From an uncultured Actinomycetes bacterium (GTDB lineage Bacteria; Actinomycetota; Thermoleophilia; Gaiellales; Gaiellaceae): a stretch of DNA of 64,000 nt. The DNA lies in the NCBI GenBank assembly GCA_963700495.1, contig CAVOXT010000002.1:72075-136074 (forward strand), given 5' to 3'. Positions 46,066 through 54,908 of this stretch are shown here, piece after piece; the stretch's first letter is position 1; the number at the start of each line of letters is the position of its first letter. Position numbers and translations under genes: made by a program. The notes under the pieces were generated by a model, which worked only from the letters and a program-made list of their open reading frames with translations, had not been told where the DNA came from and did no database searches.

Positions 46066-48548
46066 GTGACGAGACGCTGCAGGGTCTCGCGCAGCGCCTG
46101 CCGGCCTTCGGCGACCGGCGCGCGCTCGGGCTGCGCGGCTCGTACGGCAGTCGTTGGTGGACCTATCGTCGGGTGCACGCCGAGGCCTTTCGCTTCGCCG
46201 GCCTCCTCGAGGACCGCGGGGTTCAGGCAGGCGACCGCGTCGCGATCTGGGGCGCCAACGGGCCGGAGTGGGCCGCCGCTGCATTCGGCGCGATGCTCAG
46301 AGGCGCGGTCGTCGTTCCGATCGACGAAGGCACCTCGGCGTCGCATGCCTCGCAGCTCGTCGAGCTCGCCGGACCGCGGCTCGTCTTGCACGACCCGAAC
46401 GTCGACGTCGGCGCGCTCGGCGTTCCGGGTCTGTCCCTCTTCACCGCCGCCGAGCACGCCGGCGAACGCAACGTCGTCGTGCCGGTCGGGCCGGAGGACC
46501 CGGCGTTCCTCCTCTTCACCTCGGGGTCGACGCGCGAGCCGCGCGGCGTGGTGCTGACGCACCGAAACCTCGTCAGCCAGGCCGCCGCTTTCCGACGTTG
46601 GCGATGGCTGACGCGGATGCACGCCTATCGCTTGCTGGCGCTCTCGCCCCTCAGCCACGTGCAGGGCCTCGTGATGGGACTGGTGGTGCCGGCCTCGCTC
46701 GGGCTGAGCGTCCTGTATTCCGAGTCCGTCGAGCCGGCGCACGTGATCCGGACGATCCGTCAGAACCGGATCAACATCCTGCTCGCCGTCCCAAGGGTGC
46801 AGGGAATGCTGGCCGACGCACTGCGCGCGTCCCCGTACGGCGACGGCCGCCGGACCCTCGGCGAGCGAGCGTCGGAGATCCGCGCGTTCGTGCTGCGGCG
46901 CCACGTGCTGTTCCTTGCGACGCGTCGACAGCTCGGCTACTCGTTCGGCGTCCTGCTCGTCGGTGGTGCGACGCTCGCGCCGGACGACGAGCGCTTCTGG
47001 TACGAGTGCGGCTACGTGCTGGCTCAGGGGTACGGCCTCACGGAGACGAGCGCACTCGTTTCGGTCCACGTGAACGGTCCCTTCGGGGCGCGCCTCGGGT
47101 CGGTCGGACGAGCGCTCCCGCACCAGGACGTCCGGATCGGCGCCGACGGCGAAGTCCTCGTGCGCGGTCCGAATGTGACGGGCGGTGACGGCTACCTGCA
47201 CACCGGCGACCTGGGCCGCCTCGATGCGCGCGGACGACTGTGGCTGCGGGGCAGGAAGGACGACGTGATCGTCACCGGCGAGGGCCTCAACGTCCACGCC
47301 GACGACGTCGAAGCGAGCCTCCGTGCCGTCGCGGGTGTCCGCGACGCGGTCGTCGCCGATCTCGACGACGGCGGTCAGGTTCACGCCGTGCTGTTGCTCG
47401 ACGACGGCAGCGCGCCCGGCGAGGTCGTGGCGTCGGCCAATGCGACGCTCGAGCCGTATCAGCGCGTGCACAGCTGGAGCGTCTGGCACGAAGGCGACTT
47501 CCCGCGCACGAGCCTGCTCAAGGTGCGCCGCGCCGAGGTGATCGGCGCAGCCCGCGCCGGCAACGGCGGCACGGCGAGGCCGGACGCCGCCCCCGACCTC
47601 GGGACGATTCGCGCCGAGGGCGACCGCCGCCGCCGGTTGCAGCTGCTGGCCCGCTACCTCACGGATCCCGACAGTGGGAGCGACCCCGACGCGCAGATCG
47701 AGGACTTCGGGCTGAGCTCGCTCGACGCGGTCGAGCTGCTTGCGATGATCGAGGTGATCGAAGCGAGGCCGATGCCGCAGCTCTCGATCACACCGGCAAC
47801 AACCGTCGCCGAGCTCCGCCGTTCGGTCTCGGGTCCGTCCCCAAAGCGCGTGCTGCCGACGCGCCAGCCTAGGTGGTCCGCCGCGTTGCCCGGGCGGTTG
47901 ATGCGACTCGCGACCCGGCCGCTGCTCGTCGGGAGCTGGGCACACCTCGCGGCGGGAGTCTCGGTCGTGCACGACCGCCCCCCGCGCGGGCAGTGCGTCC
48001 TCGCCGTCGCCCCGCACCGTCACTGGCTCGACGCGTTCGCGGTGCAAGCCGCCCTGCCCGCAGGGACGCGCACCATCACGGTCACGAACCGCGACTTCGC
48101 CGAGCACTTCGCACCGACCGACGACGTGCCGCGCCGCGCGCGGTTTGCGGTCGGCTTCGCGTACCACCTTCTCTGGCCGATGGTCTTCCAGTTCGCGATC
48201 GTGCCGAACTACGGAAGCACGCGAGAGGGGCTCCAGGAGCTCGGCACAGCGATCGACCGCGGGCTCAGTCCGATCTCGTTCCCGAAGGGACTCGCGCCAC
48301 CGGGACAGCCCAACCCGCGTCACGAGCCCGGGATCGCCGAGCTCGCGACGCAGACCCAGCTGCCGGTGGTTCCCGTCTGGATCGACGGCAACGACGAGCT
48401 CGGCGTGCTGCCCCGCCGCAGAAGGCCCCGGGTGACGGTCCGGTTCGGCGAGCTCATACCCGTCGGTCCGCAGACCGAGCCGAACGAGGTGGTCGAGCGC
48501 GTCGAGGCCGCCTACGAGCTGCTTGCACGTGCGGGGGGCATGCGATGA
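46062..48548 (+). CDS. tri-domain fusion: acyl-AMP/CoA ligase - phosphopantetheine carrier - PlsC-type acyltransferase
   Basis: The ATG at 46062 overlaps the upstream stop (ATGA). Adenylation motifs are 'LLFTSGSTREPRGV', 'QGYGLTETS', 'YLHTGDLG' and 'GRKDDVIV'. The carrier motif is 'DFGLSSLDAVEL', and the acyltransferase H-x4-D motif is 'APHRHWLDAF'. The 828 codons are uninterrupted. Confidence 0.85.
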   Translation: MSDETLQGLAQRLPAFGDRRALGLRGSYGSRWWTYRRVHAEAFRFAGLLEDRGVQAGDRVAIWGANGPEWAAAAFGAMLRGAVVVPIDEGTSASHASQLVELAGPRLVLHDPNVDVGALGVPGLSLFTAAEHAGERNVVVPVGPEDPAFLLFTSGSTREPRGVVLTHRNLVSQAAAFRRWRWLTRMHAYRLLALSPLSHVQGLVMGLVVPASLGLSVLYSESVEPAHVIRTIRQNRINILLAVPRVQGMLADALRASPYGDGRRTLGERASEIRAFVLRRHVLFLATRRQLGYSFGVLLVGGATLAPDDERFWYECGYVLAQGYGLTETSALVSVHVNGPFGARLGSVGRALPHQDVRIGADGEVLVRGPNVTGGDGYLHTGDLGRLDARGRLWLRGRKDDVIVTGEGLNVHADDVEASLRAVAGVRDAVVADLDDGGQVHAVLLLDDGSAPGEVVASANATLEPYQRVHSWSVWHEGDFPRTSLLKVRRAEVIGAARAGNGGTARPDAAPDLGTIRAEGDRRRRLQLLARYLTDPDSGSDPDAQIEDFGLSSLDAVELLAMIEVIEARPMPQLSITPATTVAELRRSVSGPSPKRVLPTRQPRWSAALPGRLMRLATRPLLVGSWAHLAAGVSVVHDRPPRGQCVLAVAPHRHWLDAFAVQAALPAGTRTITVTNRDFAEHFAPTDDVPRRARFAVGFAYHLLWPMVFQFAIVPNYGSTREGLQELGTAIDRGLSPISFPKGLAPPGQPNPRHEPGIAELATQTQLPVVPVWIDGNDELGVLPRRRRPRVTVRFGELIPVGPQTEPNEVVERVEAAYELLARAGGMR

Positions 48549-49816
48549 GGGTCACCATCCTCACGGCCGGGTCGCGCGGCGACATCCAACCGTACGTGGC
48601 GCTCGGCGCCGGCCTGCGCCACGCCGGCTTCACCGTGCGGCTGGCGACCCACGTCGGCTTCCGGGATCTCGTCGAGTCGCAGGGCCTGGAGTTCGCCAAG
48701 GTCGCGCATCCCTCGGACGTGCTGACCACGGACCCGCGTTGGGAGGCGCTTCAGAACGCCGGCGACACCGCCGGACGGTTCGTGCGCCGCTCCGCGCGGG
48801 TCGTGCGGATGATTCAGCCGCTGCTCACGGGAATGCTCGACGACTACTGGGCGGCGTGCCAGGGAGCAGACGCGGTCATGAGCTCCGTCGCCGGAATCGG
48901 CGGGCCTCAGCAGGCCGCCGCTCTCCACGTTCCACACTGCTGGGCGCTCGTCCAGCCGATGAGTCCGACCGCCGAGTACCCGCACTTCATGGCCCCCGCC
49001 CCGCGCCGCCTGCCGCGACGGCTCAACTTCCGCACCCACGTCATCGCCGAGCGGGTTCACTGGCGTCTGTTCCGCGCCGCCGTCAACCGTTGGCTGGCCG
49101 CCAACCTCGGCGCGGGTTCGGTTCCCAAGCCCGCGCCGGGCGGCCTCTTCGGATCCGGTGCCGGCTCGATCGTGTACGGGATCAGCCCCTCGGTGGTTCC
49201 GCGGCCGAGCGACTGGCCGCCGAACATCGCGCAGTTCGGTCACTGGTTCCTCGACTCGGCGCCCGACGCGACCCTTCCGGCCGAGCTCGAAGACTTCCTC
49301 GATGCGGGCGCTCCGCCCGTCCTCGTCCATGCGGACCGGATCGGCGTGACCCCGCGCGAGGACTTCGTCGCGATGGCTGTCCGCGTGCTTCAGCGCCTCC
49401 GTTTGCGCGGACTCGTCTCCGGACCGGAGGCGGGAGCGCTGCCCGACTCGGCTCTGTACATCCCACCGGTTCCTTTCGACCGGCTCTTCCCGCTGGTTGC
49501 CGGCGTCGTGCACCACGGCGGCGTCGGGACGACCGCGACGTCGTTGCGAGCGGGGATCCCGAGCTTCGGTGTGCCCGGGTTCTTCGACCAGCAGTTCTGG
49601 ACCTCACGCGTTGCGGCGCTCGGCGCGGGACCTCGCCCCGTGGCGGCGCGACGAATGACGGAAGCGCGGTTCGAAGCGGCGATCGCGCAGCTCGTCGGCG
49701 ACGCCTCGATCCGAACGCGGGCCGCCGAGCTGGGACGCCGGATCAGGTGCGAGCGCGGAGTCGACGAGGCCGTCGTCCACCTGCGGGCCGTCCTCGCTGG
49801 AGCGAGCGATGCCTAG
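48545..49816 (+). CDS. GT1-family (MGT/UGT/sterol-glucosyltransferase-like) glycosyltransferase
   Basis: The ATG at 48545 overlaps the upstream stop (ATGA). The sequence begins 'MRVTILTAGSRGDIQPYVALG' and later carries 'VVHHGGVGTTATSLRAGIPSFGVPGFFDQQFW'. Confidence 0.8.
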   Translation: MRVTILTAGSRGDIQPYVALGAGLRHAGFTVRLATHVGFRDLVESQGLEFAKVAHPSDVLTTDPRWEALQNAGDTAGRFVRRSARVVRMIQPLLTGMLDDYWAACQGADAVMSSVAGIGGPQQAAALHVPHCWALVQPMSPTAEYPHFMAPAPRRLPRRLNFRTHVIAERVHWRLFRAAVNRWLAANLGAGSVPKPAPGGLFGSGAGSIVYGISPSVVPRPSDWPPNIAQFGHWFLDSAPDATLPAELEDFLDAGAPPVLVHADRIGVTPREDFVAMAVRVLQRLRLRGLVSGPEAGALPDSALYIPPVPFDRLFPLVAGVVHHGGVGTTATSLRAGIPSFGVPGFFDQQFWTSRVAALGAGPRPVAARRMTEARFEAAIAQLVGDASIRTRAAELGRRIRCERGVDEAVVHLRAVLAGASDA

Positions 49817-50159
49817 CGTCTACGGGCTGCACCGCGTGCGCCTCCGCCCCGGCGTCGACCCGGAGGAGTTCGAGCGGTTCACGCTCGCGGAGTTCCTGCC
49901 GGCGCTTCAGGCGCTGCACGCTCCGGGTGTGCAGTTCGCGCTCCTGAAAGCAGAGCGCGGCGCGGACGCGGGCGAGTATCAGTTCATGATGGTCTTCGAC
50001 AGCGTCGAGACCCGCGATCGGTACTTCCCGGAGGAAGTTCGCGCGTCGGACGAGCTGATCGAGCTGATCCAGCCGCTCGCACCGCTCGCCGAGGTCTGGG
50101 AGGGGCTGTCGGCCCGCGAGAAGACGGACTGGCTGAGGCTCGGGGACGGCCCGTCGTGA
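49809..50159 (+). CDS. hypothetical small protein (alpha+beta barrel-like?)
   Basis: 116 aa with protein-like composition. It has an 8-nt overlap upstream and a GTGA overlap downstream. Confidence 0.5.
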   Translation: MPSVYGLHRVRLRPGVDPEEFERFTLAEFLPALQALHAPGVQFALLKAERGADAGEYQFMMVFDSVETRDRYFPEEVRASDELIELIQPLAPLAEVWEGLSAREKTDWLRLGDGPS

Positions 50160-52045
50160 GGCAGCTGCCGAACGTCACGGCGTTGCCGCCGCTGCTGCGG
50201 CGTTCCCGGTCCAACACCAACGGGCTGCTCGAGCTGCTGCGGTATTCGAGCTCCCCGCTGCGGAATCGTGTTCGGGCGCGCTTCCCACGAGTCGAGGCGG
50301 AACGGATTCTGGGGATCGCCAGCACCGGGCACGGCGCCAGCCTGACCTACCTCGATGCCTCCGGCGTCGTCCGAAGCTCACAGCTCGAGCGCTGGACCGG
50401 AACGAAACACATGATGCTGTTCTCGCGCGATGAGGACGAGGCTCTCCGCGAGCCGAGCTCGAAGATCGACAAGACGATCAACCACCTCTTCACCCACGGC
50501 TACGGGCGTTTCCCGGACAGCCGGGTCTTCGAAGACACGATCGACTCGTGGCGCGAGTGGTTGCTGCGCGGGCTGGACGTCGACGTCGGCAGCATCGACC
50601 TCGTCGTGACGAGCGACGGACACTTCGCGACCGGGTGGGCTCGCCTCGGCCCCCACCTCCGGCGCTGGTTCCCCAACGCAACCATCGTCAGGGCGATCGA
50701 GCATCACGAGATCCACCAGCGCCAGGCCTTCTGGGCCAGCGGCCTCGACGAGGCAGCGGTGCTCACGCTCGACAGCGCAGGCGAGGCGCTCCCGCGGCGC
50801 CGCTGGCGAAAGCTCGCCGGAACGCTCTCCGTGATGAACCAGGCCGGCGAGTCGCACATCGTCCGCGAATGGCTGTCCCCGCAGATGAGCTCCGGCGCGA
50901 TCTTCGACGCCGCCACCCACCACGTCGGCTTCCGGCAGGGCGAGGAGGGCAAGACGATGGGCCTCTCGGCGTACGGGTCCGGCGAGCTGTTCGAGTCGCT
51001 GCGACCTCAACTCAGCCTGCACGCGGACGGAGGCTTCTCCTTCCTCGCCCTGACCGACTTCGAGGCCGCGCTCGCGCGCTACACGCCCAAGCGGGAGCAG
51101 GGCGAGGAGATCACCGCCCGGCACATGGAGGTGGCGTTCGCCGGGCAAGCGATCGTGGAGCTGATCGTCAGCAACGCCTGGCGCGCGGCACTCGAGTCGA
51201 CGGGCCGCCGCGACCTGGCATACGCCGGCGGGGTGGCGTTGAACAGCGTGGCCAACGGCAGGGCATGGCGCGAGGTGGGCCCGAGAAGCGTCTACATCCC
51301 GCCGAACGCAGGCGACGCGGGTCAGAGCCTCGGCTGCGCACTGTTCGGCGCGTACGAGCTCGCAGGCTGGGAGCCGCCGGACGAAGAGCTGGCCGAGTAT
51401 CTCGGCCCCACCTACGGCGAAGACGCGATCGCGAGCGCCGTGGCGTCGAACGACCATCCAACGACCCGCCCCGCCGCATTGGAGGAAGTGGTTGCGGCGT
51501 GTGTCGCCAACGGGCACATCGTCGCCCGGTTCGACGGCGGCGCGGAGTTCGGGCCGCGGGCGCTCGGGAACCGGAGCATCCTGGCCGATCCTCGCCGTCC
51601 CGGCATGAAGGACTACCTCAACCTCCGGGTCAAGCACCGCGAGTCGTTCCGGCCCTTCGCGCCGGCCGTGCTCGACGACCACGCCGGCGAATGGTTCGAG
51701 CTCGACGTGCCGAGCGCCTACATGCTGCGGGTGGTGCCGATCAGGCCCGACAAACTGGGGCAGATACCAGCAGTGGCGCACGTCGACGGGACCGCGAGGG
51801 TCCAGACGCTGTCCGAGCCGCAGAACCCCGAATTCTGGCGCACGATCTCGGCCTTTCGCGACAGAACCGGCGTGCCGCTCGTGCTCAACACCTCCTTCAA
51901 CCTGGCCGGGAGGCCGATCGTGGAGACACCGGCGGACGCGGTCGAGTGCTTCGCCGGTTCAGAGATCGACGTGCTCGCCGTCGGGCCGTTCGTCATCTCG
52001 AAGAAGCCGCTGGAGGAGTACCTCGCAACCGACTCCGGAGCTTGA
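50156..52045 (+). CDS. NodU/CmcH-family carbamoyltransferase
   Basis: Motifs are 'ILGIASTGHGAS', 'GGVALNSVANG', 'PNAGDAGQSLG', 'GPRALGNRSILADP', 'KHRESFRPFAP' and 'HVDGTARVQT'. Confidence 0.85.
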   Translation: MRQLPNVTALPPLLRRSRSNTNGLLELLRYSSSPLRNRVRARFPRVEAERILGIASTGHGASLTYLDASGVVRSSQLERWTGTKHMMLFSRDEDEALREPSSKIDKTINHLFTHGYGRFPDSRVFEDTIDSWREWLLRGLDVDVGSIDLVVTSDGHFATGWARLGPHLRRWFPNATIVRAIEHHEIHQRQAFWASGLDEAAVLTLDSAGEALPRRRWRKLAGTLSVMNQAGESHIVREWLSPQMSSGAIFDAATHHVGFRQGEEGKTMGLSAYGSGELFESLRPQLSLHADGGFSFLALTDFEAALARYTPKREQGEEITARHMEVAFAGQAIVELIVSNAWRAALESTGRRDLAYAGGVALNSVANGRAWREVGPRSVYIPPNAGDAGQSLGCALFGAYELAGWEPPDEELAEYLGPTYGEDAIASAVASNDHPTTRPAALEEVVAACVANGHIVARFDGGAEFGPRALGNRSILADPRRPGMKDYLNLRVKHRESFRPFAPAVLDDHAGEWFELDVPSAYMLRVVPIRPDKLGQIPAVAHVDGTARVQTLSEPQNPEFWRTISAFRDRTGVPLVLNTSFNLAGRPIVETPADAVECFAGSEIDVLAVGPFVISKKPLEEYLATDSGA

Positions 52046-52052
52046 GGCAGCG

Positions 52053-53475
52053 ATGAGGGTCCTCTTCATCACCTACTGCTTCGGGGATCCAGCGGGCCAG
52101 GCGCTGATCGGGGTCTACAAGCGCGGGCTTCGCGTCGCTCTCGAGCTCCACGACCGCGGCCACGACGTGCTCTTCGACTGCACCGGACGCGGCAGCTACC
52201 GCGACGACCTGACCGAGTTCGCGGAGGACCGGATCCACTTCGTCGACCTGGGCCTCTACGACGGCGAGAACGACGGCTCGGAGCGGAGCCGGCAGAACTC
52301 CCTGCAGGCGATGTCGCGTTGCCGGCCCGACCTCGTCGTCGTCGGCGAAGCACCACTTGCCGGGACGCTCCTGGAGGCAACTCTGTGCGCGGTCGAGCTC
52401 GGCATACCGGTCGCGCTCCTCGACAACGCCTACAACGCGCGAGCGGTCCGGCGTTTCCTCAGGGACCACGGCGGGATGGTGGATGCCGTCGTTCTCACCG
52501 GCCCGAGCTGCGCGCACACGGGGGCGCCGCCCGCACACCTTCGGCAGGTACCGCCTTTCGTGACGAGCGCGCGGTCGGAGGCAGCGCTGCTGGTCGAGGA
52601 ACGCCTGGGGCTTCGCGCAGAGCGACTCGTCTGCATCCTGGCCTATGACGGCAAGGTCGAGCGACTCGGTTTCTCGCTCATCGAGAGCCTCGACGCGCCT
52701 GAGGCGGCGTACGTCTTCATGTCGAGAGATCCCGAGGAGTGTGAGCGGCGTGCGGCGGCGCTTCCCGAAGATCTGAGGGCGCGAGTCCGGGTGCTCGAGC
52801 TGCTCCCGGATCCGCTCCTGTTCGGACTGATCGAGCTGTCCAGCCTCGCGGTCGTCAAGTACGGGTTCATGCAGGTCACCGAATGCATGTCGCTCCGCAC
52901 ACCGGTGATCTGCGCGTACCACGAGGGCCCAACGTGGCTCGATCTGCTTCCTGGAGCGTGCCGGTCGTTCGTGCACGCGGCGGAGCACGAAGACGCAGAC
53001 CCGGCAACGGTCGCCGCGGCCGGGAGGTTTCTCGAGGTCGGCGAGCGGGCGATGGCCTCCATCCACGACGGCGAGTTCGATGCGAGCGTTCGGGCGGCCG
53101 ACTTCCTGGAGGCCGTACCGGCAGAGCCAGCGCCGAGAAGCGTCGACCGAAGCCGTCCGAAAGTTCCCCGAGAAGCAGGTGCGCGCCGCCGTCCGCGCAG
53201 CAACGGGGCGCCGGTCGGTCAGCGTCCTGCTCATGCGCGCGATGCGGCTACGTTCGCTCCCGGGCGAGGAGGTGCATTCGCTCGTCTGCCGCTACACGAT
53301 CGACGGCGCCGAGCGCTTCCTGCGGCTCTGGGGGCACCGCTACGCCTCGGGCCGGGCGGTCAAGCGCGGACGGAGGGAGGCCGCTCGCTCCGGGAGACGG
53401 GTGCTCTTCGCGTCGCCGCGCGAGCGCGTGCTGATCGAATCGGATCTTGGTCAATCGATGCTTCCGCCGCTGTAG
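52053..53475 (+). pseudogene. GT-B-like protein with novel C-terminal domain, tandem copy A (frame break near 53125)
   Basis: This is the first 358 codons of ORF 52053..54908 plus ORF 53080..53475. By comparison with copy B, the C-terminus (SVSVLLMRAMRLRSLPGEEVHSLVCRY..RFLRLWGHRYASGRA) is in the other frame and ends at the TAG at 53473-53475. Confidence 0.7.
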
Positions 53476-53477
53476 GG

Positions 53478-54908
53478 ATGAGGGTCCTCTTCATCACCTA
53501 CTGCTTCGGGGAGGTCTCGGGGCAGGCTCTCATCGGGGTCTACAAGCGCGGGCTGCGCATCGCTCTCGAGCTCCACGACCGAGGCCACGAGGTGCTCTTC
53601 GACTGCACCGGACGCGGCACCTACCACGATGACCTGACCGAGCTCGCGGACCAGCGGCTGCAGTTCGTCGACCTCAACCTCGACGCCGTCGACGAGGAAG
53701 GCCTGGAGCGGAGCCGCGAGAGGGCCCTGCAGGCGATGTCCCGCTGCCGGCCCGATCTCGTCGTGGTGGGCGAGGCGCCGATGCTCGGCACGCTGCTCGA
53801 GGCCACCCTGTGCGCCGTCGAGCTCGGCATACCGGTCGCGCTGCTCGACAACGCCTACAGCGCGCACGCGGTGCCGTACTTCCTTCGGAACCACGGCGGG
53901 ATGATGGACGGCGTTGTCCTGACAGGCCCGAGCTGCACGCATGCGGAGACGGCGCCCGCACACGTCCGCCAGGTTCCGCCGTTCGTGACGACCGCCTCGT
54001 CGGAGGCAGCCCAGCTGGTCGAGCACCTCGGGCTCCGACAGGAGCGCTTGGTCTGCGTCCTGGCGTATGACTCGAAGGTCGAGGGGCTCGGCTTCTCGCT
54101 CGTCGAGCGCCTGCGCGCACCCGACATCGATGTTCTCTTCTTGTCCCGATCCCCAGAGGAGAGCGAGCGGACGGCAGCCCGTCTGCCGGCGGAGCTCCGC
54201 GCCCGCGTCCGGGTGCTCGGCTTGCTTCCGGATCCGCTTCTCTTCGGACTGATCGAGCTGTCCAGGCTCGCGGTCGTCAAGTGCGGGTTCATGCAGGTCA
54301 CCGAGTGCATGGCGCTCAGGACCCCGGTGATCTGCGCATACCACGACACCGCGACGTGGCTCCGGTGGGTGCCCCGCGCCTATCTGCCGTTCGTCCACAT
54401 TGCGGAGCACGACGAGGCGGACCGAGCGACACTTGCCGCCGCCGCGCGTCTCTTCGACGTCCCCGAGCAGGCGATGAGCTCGATCCATGACGGGTCGTTC
54501 GACGCGACAGCCAGCGCGGCCGACTTCCTCGAAGGCCTGTCCGCGGAGCAGCGTCCGGAGACATGGACCGAGACCGTCGACGTCTTCCCCGAGACACAGG
54601 TGCGAGAGGCACTGCGCACGGCTGTGGGAGGACAGGAGGTCAGCCTGCTGCTGCTGCGCGCGATGCGCCTGCGCGCCCTCCCGCGCGAGGAGGTGCATTC
54701 GCTCGTCTGCCGGTGCAGGGTCGACGGCGGCGAGCACTTCCTTCGCCTGTGGGGTCACCGCTACGCCTCGGGACGCGCGGCGAAGCGGGCGCAGCGGGAG
54801 GCCGTTCGCTCAGGGCGACAGGTGCTCTTCGCGTCGCCGCGCCGGCGCGTGCTGATCGAACCGGACCTCGGTCAGGAGCTGCTGCCGCCGTTGCTCGGCG
54901 CCCACTGA
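53478..54908 (+). CDS. GT-B-like protein with novel C-terminal domain, tandem copy B
   Basis: This is the internal Met476 of ORF 52053..54908. The sequence 'MRVLFITYCFGEVSGQALIGVYKRGL..' is colinear with copy A along its full length. Confidence 0.75.
   Translation: MRVLFITYCFGEVSGQALIGVYKRGLRIALELHDRGHEVLFDCTGRGTYHDDLTELADQRLQFVDLNLDAVDEEGLERSRERALQAMSRCRPDLVVVGEAPMLGTLLEATLCAVELGIPVALLDNAYSAHAVPYFLRNHGGMMDGVVLTGPSCTHAETAPAHVRQVPPFVTTASSEAAQLVEHLGLRQERLVCVLAYDSKVEGLGFSLVERLRAPDIDVLFLSRSPEESERTAARLPAELRARVRVLGLLPDPLLFGLIELSRLAVVKCGFMQVTECMALRTPVICAYHDTATWLRWVPRAYLPFVHIAEHDEADRATLAAAARLFDVPEQAMSSIHDGSFDATASAADFLEGLSAEQRPETWTETVDVFPETQVREALRTAVGGQEVSLLLLRAMRLRALPREEVHSLVCRCRVDGGEHFLRLWGHRYASGRAAKRAQREAVRSGRQVLFASPRRRVLIEPDLGQELLPPLLGAH

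Larger units (their letters stand above)
52053..54908 (+). repeat. direct tandem duplication, 2 x ~1.43 kb
   Basis: The first ~170 nt of the two copies are nearly identical at the DNA level (atgagggtcctcttcatcacctactgcttcgggga...). Protein colinearity holds throughout. Confidence 0.8.

Noticed and set aside
48545-49816. Possible compensating frame excursion in the GT1 gene, at 'PPVLVHADRIGVT' where family members usually read 'PPVYVGFGSM'.
   Set aside because: Neither alternative frame gives the expected motif. It was treated as genuine divergence.
52053-54908. Single 951-aa protein.
   Set aside because: Internal colinearity shows two tandem ~475-aa copies. Copy A's conserved C-terminus and its stop are in the other frame (ORF 53080..53475), and copy B starts at ATG 53478.
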